From Pseudomonas aeruginosa (lineage in GTDB: Bacteria > Pseudomonadota > Gammaproteobacteria > Pseudomonadales > Pseudomonadaceae), in contig NZ_LN831024.1 in assembly GCF_001457615.1 (NCBI RefSeq), forward strand, positions 2,910,001-2,942,000: DNA of 32,000 bases. Reading direction: 5' to 3'. The notes beneath the pieces are model-generated. The model was not told the DNA's origin. It made no database searches and saw only the letters and a list, made by a program, of their open reading frames with translations. This document shows positions 9,517 through 18,121 of this stretch, one piece after another. A program made the position numbers and the translations under genes. Position 1 is the stretch's first letter. Every line of letters begins with the position of its first letter.

Positions 9517-10277
9517 GGCAGACGCTGCGCCAGGGCGCGCTAGGCGTCGCCGGGCTGTTGACGCTGTTCGCCCTGTGGTGGCTCGGCGTGGCCCTGTTCG
9601 GCGCCGCCGACGGCCTTTCGGCACGCTTCTCGCCGCAGGCGACGTTGCTCAGCCTGGGTGAACTGCTGGAACGCCGCGAACTCTACGAGCACGTGCTGGT
9701 GAGCCTGAAACGGGTCCTGCTGGGCTTGTTCCTGGCGCTGCTGGTGGGAGTGCCGCTGGGGCTGCTGGTGGGCGCCTCGCGCAACCTGGAAGCGGCGACC
9801 ACTCCGGCGTTCCAGTTCCTGCGGATGATCTCGCCGCTGTCGTGGATGCCCATCGCGGTGATGCTGATGGGCGTGGGCGACCAGCCGATCTATTTCCTGC
9901 TGGCCTTCGCCGCGCTCTGGCCGATCCTGCTGAATACCGCCGCCGGCGTGCGCCAGCTCGACCCGCGCTGGCTGCAACTGAGCCGCAGCCTCGCCGCCAC
10001 GCCCTGGGAAACCCTGCGCCGGGTGATCCTGCCGGGCATCCTCGGCCATGTGCTGACCGGCGTGCGCCTGGCCATCGGCATCCTCTGGATCGTCCTGGTG
10101 CCCTGCGAGATGCTTGGCGTCAGCGCCGGGCTCGGCTACTACATCCTCGACACCCGCGACCGCCTGGCGTACTCCGAGCTGATGGCGATGGTGCTGCTGA
10201 TCGGCCTGCTCGGCTACCTGCTCGACGCGGCGGCGCGCGGACTCTACCGGCGCTGGGCGCACGGGGCGCTCGGGTAG
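9513..10277 (+). CDS. ABC transporter permease, SsuC/TauC type
   Basis: Hydrophobic protein with LVGVPLGLLVGASRNLEAATTPAFQFLRMISPLSWMPIAVMLMGVG...WPILLNTAAGV. ATG overlaps the upstream stop. Confidence 0.92.
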   Translation: MRQTLRQGALGVAGLLTLFALWWLGVALFGAADGLSARFSPQATLLSLGELLERRELYEHVLVSLKRVLLGLFLALLVGVPLGLLVGASRNLEAATTPAFQFLRMISPLSWMPIAVMLMGVGDQPIYFLLAFAALWPILLNTAAGVRQLDPRWLQLSRSLAATPWETLRRVILPGILGHVLTGVRLAIGILWIVLVPCEMLGVSAGLGYYILDTRDRLAYSELMAMVLLIGLLGYLLDAAARGLYRRWAHGALG

Positions 10278-10290
10278 GGCGAGGTACCGG

Positions 10291-10332
10291 TGCGCTGGCG
10301 GATAGCGCCGGGGCGCTATTCGCCCTACGGGG
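10291..10332. repeat. Intergenic palindromic repeat, same family as the 19945..20028 elements
   Basis: TGCGCTGGCGGATAGCGCCGGGGCGCTATTCGCCCTACGGGG shares GGCGGATA.CGC/GCG.TATTCGCCCTACGG with 19997..20028. Confidence 0.65.
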
Positions 10333-10502
10333 TTCGGGGCTCGGGTGGGGCGGGCGAATGTGTTGATCCACCAACACTTGCCCAGCAGTTGCGCCCGCAC
10401 AGCGACAGGGGCTTGCCACCCAGGCCTTGTCCGGCGCGGCCCCGCGGCCCGGCACGGGCTGTGCACGGGGTGCCGGATGCACAGGCAAGCCAAGGAGTCC
10501 CC

Positions 10503-11912
10503 ATGCCGCGCGAAATCCGTCTCAACGCCTTCGAAATGAACTGTGTCGGCCACCAGTCGCCCGGCCTCTGGGCGCATCCGCGCGACCGCTCCTCGCAGTA
10601 CAAGGACCTGGAGTACTGGACCGACCTGGCGCGGTTGCTCGAACGCGGCCGTTTCGACGGACTGTTCATCGCCGACGTGCTGGGCATCTACGATGTGCTC
10701 GACGGCAATGGCGACGCGGCGATCCGCCAGGCCGCCCAGGTACCGGTGAACGACCCGCTGGCGCTGATCACGCCGATGGCCGCGGTGACTCGCCACCTGG
10801 GCTTCGGCCTGACCGCCTCGCTGTCCTTCGAGCATCCCTATCCCTTCGCCCGCCGACTCTCGACCCTGGACCACCTGACCAAGGGCCGGATCGGCTGGAA
10901 CGTAGTGACCTCCTACCTGGAAAGCGGCGCGCGCAACCTCGGCCAGCAGGCCCAGCTCGACCACGACCGCCGCTACGACTATGCCGACGAATACCTCCAG
11001 GTGCTCTACAAGCTCTTCGAAGGCAGTTGGGAGGACGGCGCGGTGCTCCGCGACCGTCGCCGAAGGATCTTCAGCGACCCGGGCAAGATTCACGAGATCC
11101 GCCATGTCGGCGAGCACTTCCAGGTACCCGGCATCCATCTCTGCGAACCGTCGCCGCAGCGCACGCCGGTGCTCTACCAGGCCGGCGCGTCGAGTCGTGG
11201 CAAGCGCTTCGCCGCCGAGCACGCCGAGTGCGTGTTCGTCGCCGCGCCATCGAAGACCGTGCTCAAGCAGGCGGTCGCCGACATCCGCCAGCGCGTCGCC
11301 GAGGCCGGCCGCGATCCGCGCAAGGTACTGGTGTTCAACCTGCAGACGGTGGTGCTGGGCGAAACCGACGCCAAGGCCAGGGCCAAGTTCGACGAATACC
11401 GCGCCTTCGTCAGCTACGAAGGGGCCCTGGCGCTGATCTCCGGCTGGACCGGGATCGACTTCGGCCAGTATCGGCCGGATCAGGTGCTGCGGCACATCCA
11501 CACCAATGCGATCCAATCGGCGGTGGAAGCGTTTTCCAGCGCCGATCCGACGCGCACCTGGACGGTCCGCGAGCTGGCCGACTGGGTCGGTATCGGCGGC
11601 TTCGGCCCGCTGTTCGTCGGCAGCCCGGCGACCGTCGCCGACCTGTTGCAGGAGTGGGTGGAGGACACCGACGTGGATGGCTTCAACCTGGCCTATGCGC
11701 TGGCCCACGAAACCTTCAGCGACGTGGTCGAATTGCTGGTGCCGGAGTTGCAGAAGCGCGGGGTGTACAAGACCGAATATGCGCCGGGGACTCTGCGCGA
11801 GAAGTTGTTCGGCGACGGCCCGCGGCTGCCGGATTCCCATCCGGCGGCCGGCTATCGCGACCTGCGGGCGCTCTGGGAGAAGGAGGCCGGGCGCAACGCG
11901 CTGCCGGCCTGA
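10503..11912 (+). CDS. FMN-dependent monooxygenase, NtaA/SnaA/DszA/SoxA family
   Basis: MPREIRLNAFEMNCVGHQSPGLWAHP...DLARLLERGRFDGLFIADVLGIYDV...SFEHPYPFARRLSTLDHLTKGRIGWNVVTSY. Confidence 0.93.
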   Translation: MPREIRLNAFEMNCVGHQSPGLWAHPRDRSSQYKDLEYWTDLARLLERGRFDGLFIADVLGIYDVLDGNGDAAIRQAAQVPVNDPLALITPMAAVTRHLGFGLTASLSFEHPYPFARRLSTLDHLTKGRIGWNVVTSYLESGARNLGQQAQLDHDRRYDYADEYLQVLYKLFEGSWEDGAVLRDRRRRIFSDPGKIHEIRHVGEHFQVPGIHLCEPSPQRTPVLYQAGASSRGKRFAAEHAECVFVAAPSKTVLKQAVADIRQRVAEAGRDPRKVLVFNLQTVVLGETDAKARAKFDEYRAFVSYEGALALISGWTGIDFGQYRPDQVLRHIHTNAIQSAVEAFSSADPTRTWTVRELADWVGIGGFGPLFVGSPATVADLLQEWVEDTDVDGFNLAYALAHETFSDVVELLVPELQKRGVYKTEYAPGTLREKLFGDGPRLPDSHPAAGYRDLRALWEKEAGRNALPA

Positions 11913-11972
11913 CCTGGGCGGACGGCGGGATGACGCCGGTGGCGATATCCGCCCCAGGGCCCGGGACGGCTC

Positions 11973-13208
11973 CTAGAGCCAGGCGTGCCGCGGTGGCTTC
12001 ACCCCATTCAACTGGTAGTTGCCGATGGCATGGTATTTCCAGCGCACCGGGTCATGCAGGGTGTGGGTGCGGGCGTTGCGCCAGTGGCGGTCGAGATTGA
12101 GTTCCTCCAGGGTCGAGCGCGTGCCGGCCAGTTCGAACAGCCGGTTGGCGGCGAGCAGGGCGGCTTCGGTGGTGAGCACCTTGGCCTCGGCCACGGCGAT
12201 CGAGGCGGCGGCCACGCTCTCCTCGTCGGGGGCGGCGAGCGCCGCTTCGATGGCGTCGCCCGCCAGGTCGAGCACGGCTTCCGCGGCGCGCACGCGGATG
12301 CGCAGGTCGCCGACCTGCTGGATGGTGTAGGGGTCTTCCCAGGCATGCTGCTGGTTGGCGTCTATCCATGGCCGCGCGTGGCGGCGCACCTGCTGCACGG
12401 TCTCGGCGAGGATGCCACGGGCGATGCCGGCGTCGATGGCGGCCTGGATGAACTGCGATACGGCGCCGGCGGCGGTGGGGCGGTCGAAGGCGCGGTGCAC
12501 CGGGATGACGTGCTCGGCCGGCACCCGCACGTTGTCCAGGATGACGGTGCCGCTGGCGGTGGTGCGCTGGCCGAAGCCGGACCAGTCGTCGATCACCGTC
12601 AGCCCCGGCGCGTCGCGCGGGATGAACGCCAGGTGCGCGCGCTGCTCGGCGTCGAGGCCGACGGCCGGTACCCAGTGGGCGAGCAGGGCGCCGCTCGAAT
12701 AGAACTTGCGGCCGTCGATGCGGAACCCGTCGCCATCCGCCAGGACTCGTGTCTGGAATTCGGCGACGGTACGGCTGTGGCGTTCGGAGAAGGCGTTGCC
12801 GAAGCGCACGCCGTCTAGCACCAGGCCGTAGAAGAAGCGTTTCTGCTCCTCGCTGCCGTCCAGGCGCAAATGGTCGAGCACCGCCAGGTGGTTCTGCGGC
12901 AACTGCGCCAGGGACGGGTCTACCGCGGCGATGGTCTTCAGTACTTCGGCCAGGGTCCGGTAGCCGACCTCGGCGCCGCCGTAGGCGCGCGGTACGCTGA
13001 TGCCCCATAGGCCGCTCTGCGAGAAGGCTTCCAGTTCGGCCACCGGCAGCCGGCGCTGGCGGTCGCGCAGCGAGGCTTCCTCGGCGAACAGCCCGGCCAG
13101 TTCGCGGGCGACGCGGATCGCCTCGGCGTCGTCGGCGATGCGCCGGGCCGGGGTCCGTGGCAGCGGTTGCCGATAGGGATCGGCGGCGTTCTTTTCCAGT
13201 GCGCTCAT
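11973..13208 (-). CDS. SfnB-like acyl-CoA dehydrogenase-type oxidoreductase (putative sulfur acquisition)
   Basis: FSQSGLWGISVPRAYGGAEVGYRTLAEVLKTIAAVDPSLAQLPQNHLA...DDWSGFGQRTTASGTVILDNVRVPAEHVI...DRHWRNARTHTLHDPVRWKYHAIGNY. Confidence 0.88.
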   Translation of the reverse strand: MSALEKNAADPYRQPLPRTPARRIADDAEAIRVARELAGLFAEEASLRDRQRRLPVAELEAFSQSGLWGISVPRAYGGAEVGYRTLAEVLKTIAAVDPSLAQLPQNHLAVLDHLRLDGSEEQKRFFYGLVLDGVRFGNAFSERHSRTVAEFQTRVLADGDGFRIDGRKFYSSGALLAHWVPAVGLDAEQRAHLAFIPRDAPGLTVIDDWSGFGQRTTASGTVILDNVRVPAEHVIPVHRAFDRPTAAGAVSQFIQAAIDAGIARGILAETVQQVRRHARPWIDANQQHAWEDPYTIQQVGDLRIRVRAAEAVLDLAGDAIEAALAAPDEESVAAASIAVAEAKVLTTEAALLAANRLFELAGTRSTLEELNLDRHWRNARTHTLHDPVRWKYHAIGNYQLNGVKPPRHAWL

Positions 13209-13238
13209 GGCAACTCCTTGCGATGGGATGGGCGAGGT

Positions 13239-14498
13239 TCAGCGGGACGCCGTGGCCGGACCGCTGCCGATCTGCCAGACGTAGGGCGGCTCGCTGCCGT
13301 TGATCTCCCAGTCGCCGACGATCCGTTGCTTGTAGATCAGGGGATTGTGCGAGGCGGCGGTGCGCGCATTGCGCCAGTGGCGGTCGAGCTGCTTGCCGCG
13401 GCCGACGGCGGAAGCGCCGCTGGCGTCGAACAGCTCGCTGGTGGCCTGCAACACCAGTTCGGCGACGATCGCCTGGGCCTTGGCCGATTCGATCTCGGCG
13501 GCGATATTGGCCTCCTTCTCCGCCTGCGGGTCGCCTACGAAGCGCGCCAGGTAGGCGCGCTGGGCCGCTTCGGCGGCGCGCAGGGTGGCCGCCTCGGCGG
13601 CGTAGACGCGCGCGGCGATGCGCCCGACCACCTGCTGCACCTGGGGATCCTGGCTGACTCGCGGGGCATTGCCGTGGCTGTAGATACGGGTCCGCCCGCG
13701 CACCTCGGCGGCGACGTCGCGCAAGGCGGCGCGGCCGGTGCCGGCCAGCACCGCGAGCAGGACCAACTGGTAGAACGCGGTCTGGTACTTGAAGCGGCTG
13801 GCGAAGTCGATGAGGTTCTCTTCCTCCACCTCGGCGTCCTCGAACAGCGACGTGCCGCTGCCGGTGGTGCGCTGGCCGAAGCCGTCCCAGTCGTCGCTCT
13901 GGCGCACGCCGGGCTGGTCGGTGCGGATCGCCGCGATCACGTCGGCGCCGGTGTCGTCGCGCTGGGCATACAGATCGATCCAGTCGGAGAAGAGGCTGCC
14001 GGTGCTGTAGTACTTGCTGCCGTTCACCACCCAGCGACCGTCGTCCTTGCGCGAGACGCGGGTGAGCACTTCGCCCAGCCGTACCGAACCGACCTCGGTC
14101 CAGGCGCAGCCGACCAGGTCGCCCTCGACGAAGCGCCGCAGCCAACGGTCGCGGCCAGGGCCGGGCTCGGCATTGAGACGGTCCTCGACGAAGGCGAAGT
14201 GGCCGCGCAGGGCCTGGGTGATGTTGGAGTCGGCCTCGGCCAGTTCGATCAGCAACTGAACCAACTGCGGCAGCGAGGCGCCGGCGCCGCCGTGCTCGCG
14301 CGGCACGCGCACGGCGCCGAAGCCGGCCTGCTTGAGCCAGGCGATCGCCTCGTGGGGCAGTTCGCGTTGCCGTTCGCGCTCGACGGCGCCTTCGGCGATG
14401 CGCGCGAAGATCGGTCGGAAACGCTGGGCGAGCAGTTCGTAGTCGGCGCCTTCGGAGAGACTGGCGGCGGTGGCTTCGGGATGGACGCGGGCGTTCAT
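13239..14498 (-). CDS. DszC/SfnB-like flavin-dependent monooxygenase (acyl-CoA dehydrogenase fold)
   Basis: GFGAVRVPREHGGAGASLPQLVQLLIELAEADSNITQALRGHFAF...DDWDGFGQRTTGSGTSLFEDAEV...DRHWRNARTAASHNPLIYKQRIVGDWEING; homologous to the neighbouring ORF. Confidence 0.88.
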   Translation of the reverse strand: MNARVHPEATAASLSEGADYELLAQRFRPIFARIAEGAVERERQRELPHEAIAWLKQAGFGAVRVPREHGGAGASLPQLVQLLIELAEADSNITQALRGHFAFVEDRLNAEPGPGRDRWLRRFVEGDLVGCAWTEVGSVRLGEVLTRVSRKDDGRWVVNGSKYYSTGSLFSDWIDLYAQRDDTGADVIAAIRTDQPGVRQSDDWDGFGQRTTGSGTSLFEDAEVEEENLIDFASRFKYQTAFYQLVLLAVLAGTGRAALRDVAAEVRGRTRIYSHGNAPRVSQDPQVQQVVGRIAARVYAAEAATLRAAEAAQRAYLARFVGDPQAEKEANIAAEIESAKAQAIVAELVLQATSELFDASGASAVGRGKQLDRHWRNARTAASHNPLIYKQRIVGDWEINGSEPPYVWQIGSGPATASR

Positions 14499-14683
14499 GC
14501 GGACTCCTGGTAGGCAGCGGGGCCGTCCGGTCGACGGCTACCCTGGAGTCCGGGCCGTTGCACAGCCTGTGCCGACCCGCGCAGGCCACTGGTTGCGCGG
14601 GTTCGCGCGAGCAGGAGGTGTTGCCGGGGCGGCAGCCTGTTGCGCGGCTGCTGCCTGGCGGACAGTGGGGGAGGTGGCGGCAG

Positions 14684-14708
14684 GTCCCTCTCCCGGCGGG
14701 AGAGGGAC
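14684..14708. terminator. Possible intrinsic terminator or stable hairpin downstream of the aldehyde dehydrogenase gene
   Basis: GTCCCTCTCCC-GGC-GGGAGAGGGAC, perfect 11-bp stem with 3-nt loop, just beyond the stop of the minus-strand CDS. No clear U-tract. Confidence 0.45.
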
Positions 14709-14715
14709 AGGCGCT

Positions 14716-16341
14716 TCAGAAGATGTAGTCGGTGGTGAGGAAGTTCGACGCGCGGTTGCGGATGATCTCGCTGACCAGGGTCTTGTTCGCCTCGGTGTCG
14801 CGGGTCGCCACCAGGGTGCGGATGGAGAACACCCGCAGCGCGTCATGGACCGACAGGGTGCCTTCCGCCGAATTCTTCCGGCCGTTGAACGGGTAGCTGT
14901 CCGGGCCGCGCTGGCACTGGGCGTTGACGTTGATCCTGCCGACCTGGTTGGCGAAGGCGTCGACCAGCCGGCCGATCTGCGCCGGGTCGTTGCCGAACAG
15001 GCTCAACTGCTGGCCGTAGTCGGAGCGCAGGACGTAGTCGATCACCTCGTCCAGCTCGCGATAGGGCACCACCGGCACCAGCGGACCGAACTGCTCCTCG
15101 TGGTAGAGGCGCATGTCCGGGCTCACCGGACTCAGCAGAGCGGGGTAGAAGAAACTTTGCCGATGCTCGCCGCCGCCCGCATTGACCACTCGTGCGCCCT
15201 TGGCCAGGGCGTCGTTCAGCAGGCCTTCGAGATAGTCGACCTTGCCCGGCTCCGGCAGCGGCGTCAGCGCCACTCCCGGTTCCCACGGCATGCCCGGCTT
15301 GAGGCTGGCCAGGCGCGCGCTGAACTTGTCGAGGAACGGTCGCAGCACGCTTTCGTGGACGAACAGGATCTTCAGCGCGGTGCAGCGCTGGCCGTTGAAG
15401 GACAGCGCGCCGGTGACCGCCTCGTTCACCGCGTTGTCCAGGTCGACCTGCGGCAGGACGATGCCCGGGTTCTTCGCGTCCAGGCCGAGGGCGGCGCGCA
15501 GGCGGTGCGGGCGGGGGTGCAGCTTCTTCAGGTCGCTGGCGCCGGAATGGGTGCCGATGAAGGCGAACACGTCGACCTTGCCGCTGGCCATCAGCGCCGA
15601 CACGGTTTCCCGGCCGCGCCCGTAGATGACGTTGATCACTCCTGGCGGGAAGCTGTCGCGGAAGGCTTCCAGCAACGGGCGGATCAGCAGCACGCCGAAC
15701 TTGGCCGGCTTGAACACCACCGTATTGCCCATGATCAGCGCCGGGATCAGGGTGGTGAAGGTTTCGTTCAGCGGGTAGTTGTACGGCCCCATGCACAGCG
15801 CCACGCCCAGCGGAACCCGGCGGATCTGGCCGAGGGTGCCCTGTTCCAGTTCGAAACGGCTGGAGCGGCGGTCGAGTTCCTTCAGCGCTTCGATGGTATC
15901 GACGATGTAGTCGCAGGTGCGGTCGAACTCTTTCTCGGAGTCCTTGAGGTTCTTGCCGATTTCCCACATCAGCAGCTTGACCACCGCCTCGCGTTGCTCG
16001 CGCATCCGCGCCAGGAAGCGTTCGACGTGCTGGATGCGCTCGGCCACCCGCAGGTTCGGCCACAGGCCCTGGCCGTGGTCGTAGGCCCGCACCGCGGCGT
16101 CGAGCGCGGCGAGCGCGGCGTCGGCGTCGAGCAGCGGGGTGCTGCCGAGGATCACCTGGCGCTCGCCGTCGGCCTCGGCGAGGAATACCGGGCTGCGTAC
16201 CGGCGCCAGCGGGCCGTCCCAATATCGCAGTTGGCCGTCGACCAGGTAGTCGCGCTGCTCGATGGGGGCGTCGGGGCGGTACTGCTCGGGAATGGCGTCG
16301 AGGCTGGGAAACAGCGAATCGAGGTGGAGCGGGGCGGTCAT
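14716..16341 (-). CDS. NADP-dependent glyceraldehyde-3-phosphate dehydrogenase-like (GapN-type) aldehyde dehydrogenase
   Basis: 541 aa, ALDH superfamily: ALCMGPYNYPLNETFTTLIPALIMGNTVVFKPAKFGVLLIRPL; catalytic Cys in SFNGQRCTALKILF. Confidence 0.88.
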   Translation of the reverse strand: MTAPLHLDSLFPSLDAIPEQYRPDAPIEQRDYLVDGQLRYWDGPLAPVRSPVFLAEADGERQVILGSTPLLDADAALAALDAAVRAYDHGQGLWPNLRVAERIQHVERFLARMREQREAVVKLLMWEIGKNLKDSEKEFDRTCDYIVDTIEALKELDRRSSRFELEQGTLGQIRRVPLGVALCMGPYNYPLNETFTTLIPALIMGNTVVFKPAKFGVLLIRPLLEAFRDSFPPGVINVIYGRGRETVSALMASGKVDVFAFIGTHSGASDLKKLHPRPHRLRAALGLDAKNPGIVLPQVDLDNAVNEAVTGALSFNGQRCTALKILFVHESVLRPFLDKFSARLASLKPGMPWEPGVALTPLPEPGKVDYLEGLLNDALAKGARVVNAGGGEHRQSFFYPALLSPVSPDMRLYHEEQFGPLVPVVPYRELDEVIDYVLRSDYGQQLSLFGNDPAQIGRLVDAFANQVGRINVNAQCQRGPDSYPFNGRKNSAEGTLSVHDALRVFSIRTLVATRDTEANKTLVSEIIRNRASNFLTTDYIF

Positions 16342-16450
16342 GGCGGGTCCTCGAATGACGTGGATGAAAGGCGTGGGACTGTTGTAGCGCGGTCCGGATC
16401 GAAGGTAAATCGTTTCAGCAGGAAAACCGTCGCGCCCTTGCCGGAAATCA

Positions 16451-16487
16451 GCCTTTGCTCCCGCTTCGTGGGGGCGGGAGCAAAGGC
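16451..16487. terminator. Strong hairpin between the small ORF and the aldehyde dehydrogenase gene (terminator/attenuator candidate)
   Basis: GCCTTTGCTCCCGC-TTCGTGGGG-GCGGGAGCAAAGGC: perfect 14-bp stem. Confidence 0.55.
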
Positions 16488-16503
16488 ATGGCGCCGGCTG
16501 GCT

Positions 16504-16647
16504 TCAGGCGTCGGCGGTAGGCTCTTCGCGGGGCCGCGCCGGCGGTGGCTCAAGCAGTTCCTGCTGCTCGGCATAGCGCTGGCGGATATCGAAGTCGCGC
16601 GGCCAGCGCGAGGCTTCGTGGTCGGGGCGTTGCATTGGTTCGGTCAT
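16504..16647 (-). CDS. Small hypothetical protein, 47 aa
   Basis: Hand translation: MTEPMQRPDHEASRWPRDFDIRQRYAEQQELLEPPPARPREEPTADA*. Collinear with gntP/gapN-like genes; absent from the track because of its length. Confidence 0.5.
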   Translation of the reverse strand: MTEPMQRPDHEASRWPRDFDIRQRYAEQQELLEPPPARPREEPTADA

Positions 16648-16672
16648 GGCTGAGCTCCGGTCGGGCTGGTGC

Positions 16673-18025
16673 TCAGAGCACCAGCGACAGCAACAGGATG
16701 AAGACCAGGCCGACCACGGAGAGGATGGTCTCCATCGCGGTCCAGGTCTTGAAGGTCTCGCTGACGCTCATGTTGAAGTACTGCTTGACCAGCCAGAACC
16801 CGGCGTCGTTGACATGGGAGAGGATCAGCGAGCCGGCGCCGGTGGCGAGCACCAGCAACTCGCGGTTGACGCCGGGAATCAGGTCGATCACCGGCACCAC
16901 GATGCCGGCCCCGGTGATGGTGGCGACGGTGGCCGAGCCGGTGGCGATGCGGATCACCGCGGCCACCAGCCAGGCCAGCAGGATCGGCGAGATCTGCGCG
17001 TTCACCGCGAGATGGCCGATGACGTCGCCGACCCCGCTGGCCACCAGCATCTGCTTGAAGCCGCCGCCGGCGCCGATGATCATCACGATGGCGGCGGTCG
17101 GTGCCAGGCTCTGGTCGAGCAGCCTGAGGATCTTCTTCGAGTCGAAGCCACGGGCGTAGCCGAAGGTATAGAGCGCCACCAGCAGGGCCAGGAGCAGGGC
17201 GCTGATCGGATGGCCGATCATGTCCATCCAGGCGCGGAACGCGTGGCCATCGGGGAAGGCGACGTCGGCGAAGGTCTTCAGCAGCATCAGGAACACCGGC
17301 AGCAGCACGGTCGCCAGGGTCACGCCGAAGCTGGGCAGGTCCTGGGTCTCGGGCTCGTGGGCGATCTGCTCGACCAGTTCCGCCGATGGCGTGCCGGGTA
17401 TGTAGCGCGAGACCAGCGCGCCGAACAGCGGGCCGGCGATGGCGGCGGTGGGCAGGGCGACGATCAGGCCGTAGAGGATGGTCTTGCCGATGTCGGCGCC
17501 GAACACGCCGATCGCCAGCAGCGGGCCGGGATGCGGCGGCACCAGACCGTGCACCGCGGAAAGGCCGGCGAGCAACGGGATGCCGATCTTGATCAGGGAC
17601 ACGCCGCTGCGCCGGGCGACGATGAACACCAGCGGGATCAGCAGGATGAAGCCGATCTCGAAGAACAGCGGGATGCCCACCAGGAACGCGGCGAGCATCA
17701 TCGACCAGTGCACCCGCTCCTTGCCGAAGGCGCGGATCAGGGTGCGGGCGATCTGGTCGGCGCCGCCGGAATCGGCCATCAGCTTGCCGAGCATGGTGCC
17801 CAGGGCGAGGATCACGCCGACGAAGCCGAGCACGCCGCCGAAGCCGTCCTGGAAGGATTTGACGATCTTCTCCACCGGCATCCCCGAGGTCAGGCCGAGG
17901 AAGCCGGCGGCGATGATCAGGGCGATGAAGGGATGCACCTTGAAGCGGGTGATCAGCACGATCAGGCCGATGATGGTCACCAGGGCGTCGAGGAGCAGGT
18001 AGGCATCGTGTGACATGCCGAACAT
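16673..18025 (-). CDS. gntP: Gluconate:H+ symporter (GntP family)
   Basis: MFGMSHDAYLLLDALVTIIGLIVLITRFKVHPFIALIIAAGFLGLTSG...VHGLVPPHPGPLLAIGVFGAD is a GntP family signature; adjacent to gluconokinase and gntR. Confidence 0.93.
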   Translation of the reverse strand: MFGMSHDAYLLLDALVTIIGLIVLITRFKVHPFIALIIAAGFLGLTSGMPVEKIVKSFQDGFGGVLGFVGVILALGTMLGKLMADSGGADQIARTLIRAFGKERVHWSMMLAAFLVGIPLFFEIGFILLIPLVFIVARRSGVSLIKIGIPLLAGLSAVHGLVPPHPGPLLAIGVFGADIGKTILYGLIVALPTAAIAGPLFGALVSRYIPGTPSAELVEQIAHEPETQDLPSFGVTLATVLLPVFLMLLKTFADVAFPDGHAFRAWMDMIGHPISALLLALLVALYTFGYARGFDSKKILRLLDQSLAPTAAIVMIIGAGGGFKQMLVASGVGDVIGHLAVNAQISPILLAWLVAAVIRIATGSATVATITGAGIVVPVIDLIPGVNRELLVLATGAGSLILSHVNDAGFWLVKQYFNMSVSETFKTWTAMETILSVVGLVFILLLSLVL

Positions 18026-18087
18026 GGAGGGCTCTCCTTTTGTCGTTGTTCTACCGGAGTTGCTGTTTCATTGAAGCGCTTTTTCGG

Positions 18088-18104
18088 GGTAGCGCTATCT
18101 TTGT
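18088..18104 (-). promoter_or_regulatory. GntR operator-like box upstream of gluconate permease
   Basis: Reverse complement ACAAAGATAGCGCTACC fits AC-N-AAG-N-TAGCGCT, the P. aeruginosa GntR motif as I recall it from the literature. Confidence 0.75.
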
Positions 18105-18121
18105 CGGACAAGCGAAAGACT

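Noticed and set aside
9540-11840. 766-aa minus-strand ORF antisense to the permease and FMN monooxygenase genes
   Set aside because: Lies antisense to two clear genes and spans an intergenic repeat; no domain motifs.
12052-14589. 845-aa minus-strand ORF across the two SfnB/DszC-like genes
   Set aside because: Overlaps two well-supported flavoprotein genes in another frame; composition is Arg/Ala/Pro-rich with no domain motifs, a typical high-GC shadow ORF.
14470-16653. 727-aa plus-strand ORF antisense to the aldehyde dehydrogenase gene
   Set aside because: Antisense high-GC shadow; low-complexity His/Gln/Arg/Gly composition with no recognisable domain.
16646-18013. 455-aa plus-strand ORF antisense to gluconate permease (HRHHDAGPGDGGDG...)
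   Set aside because: Antisense shadow of a clear GntP-family gene; low complexity.
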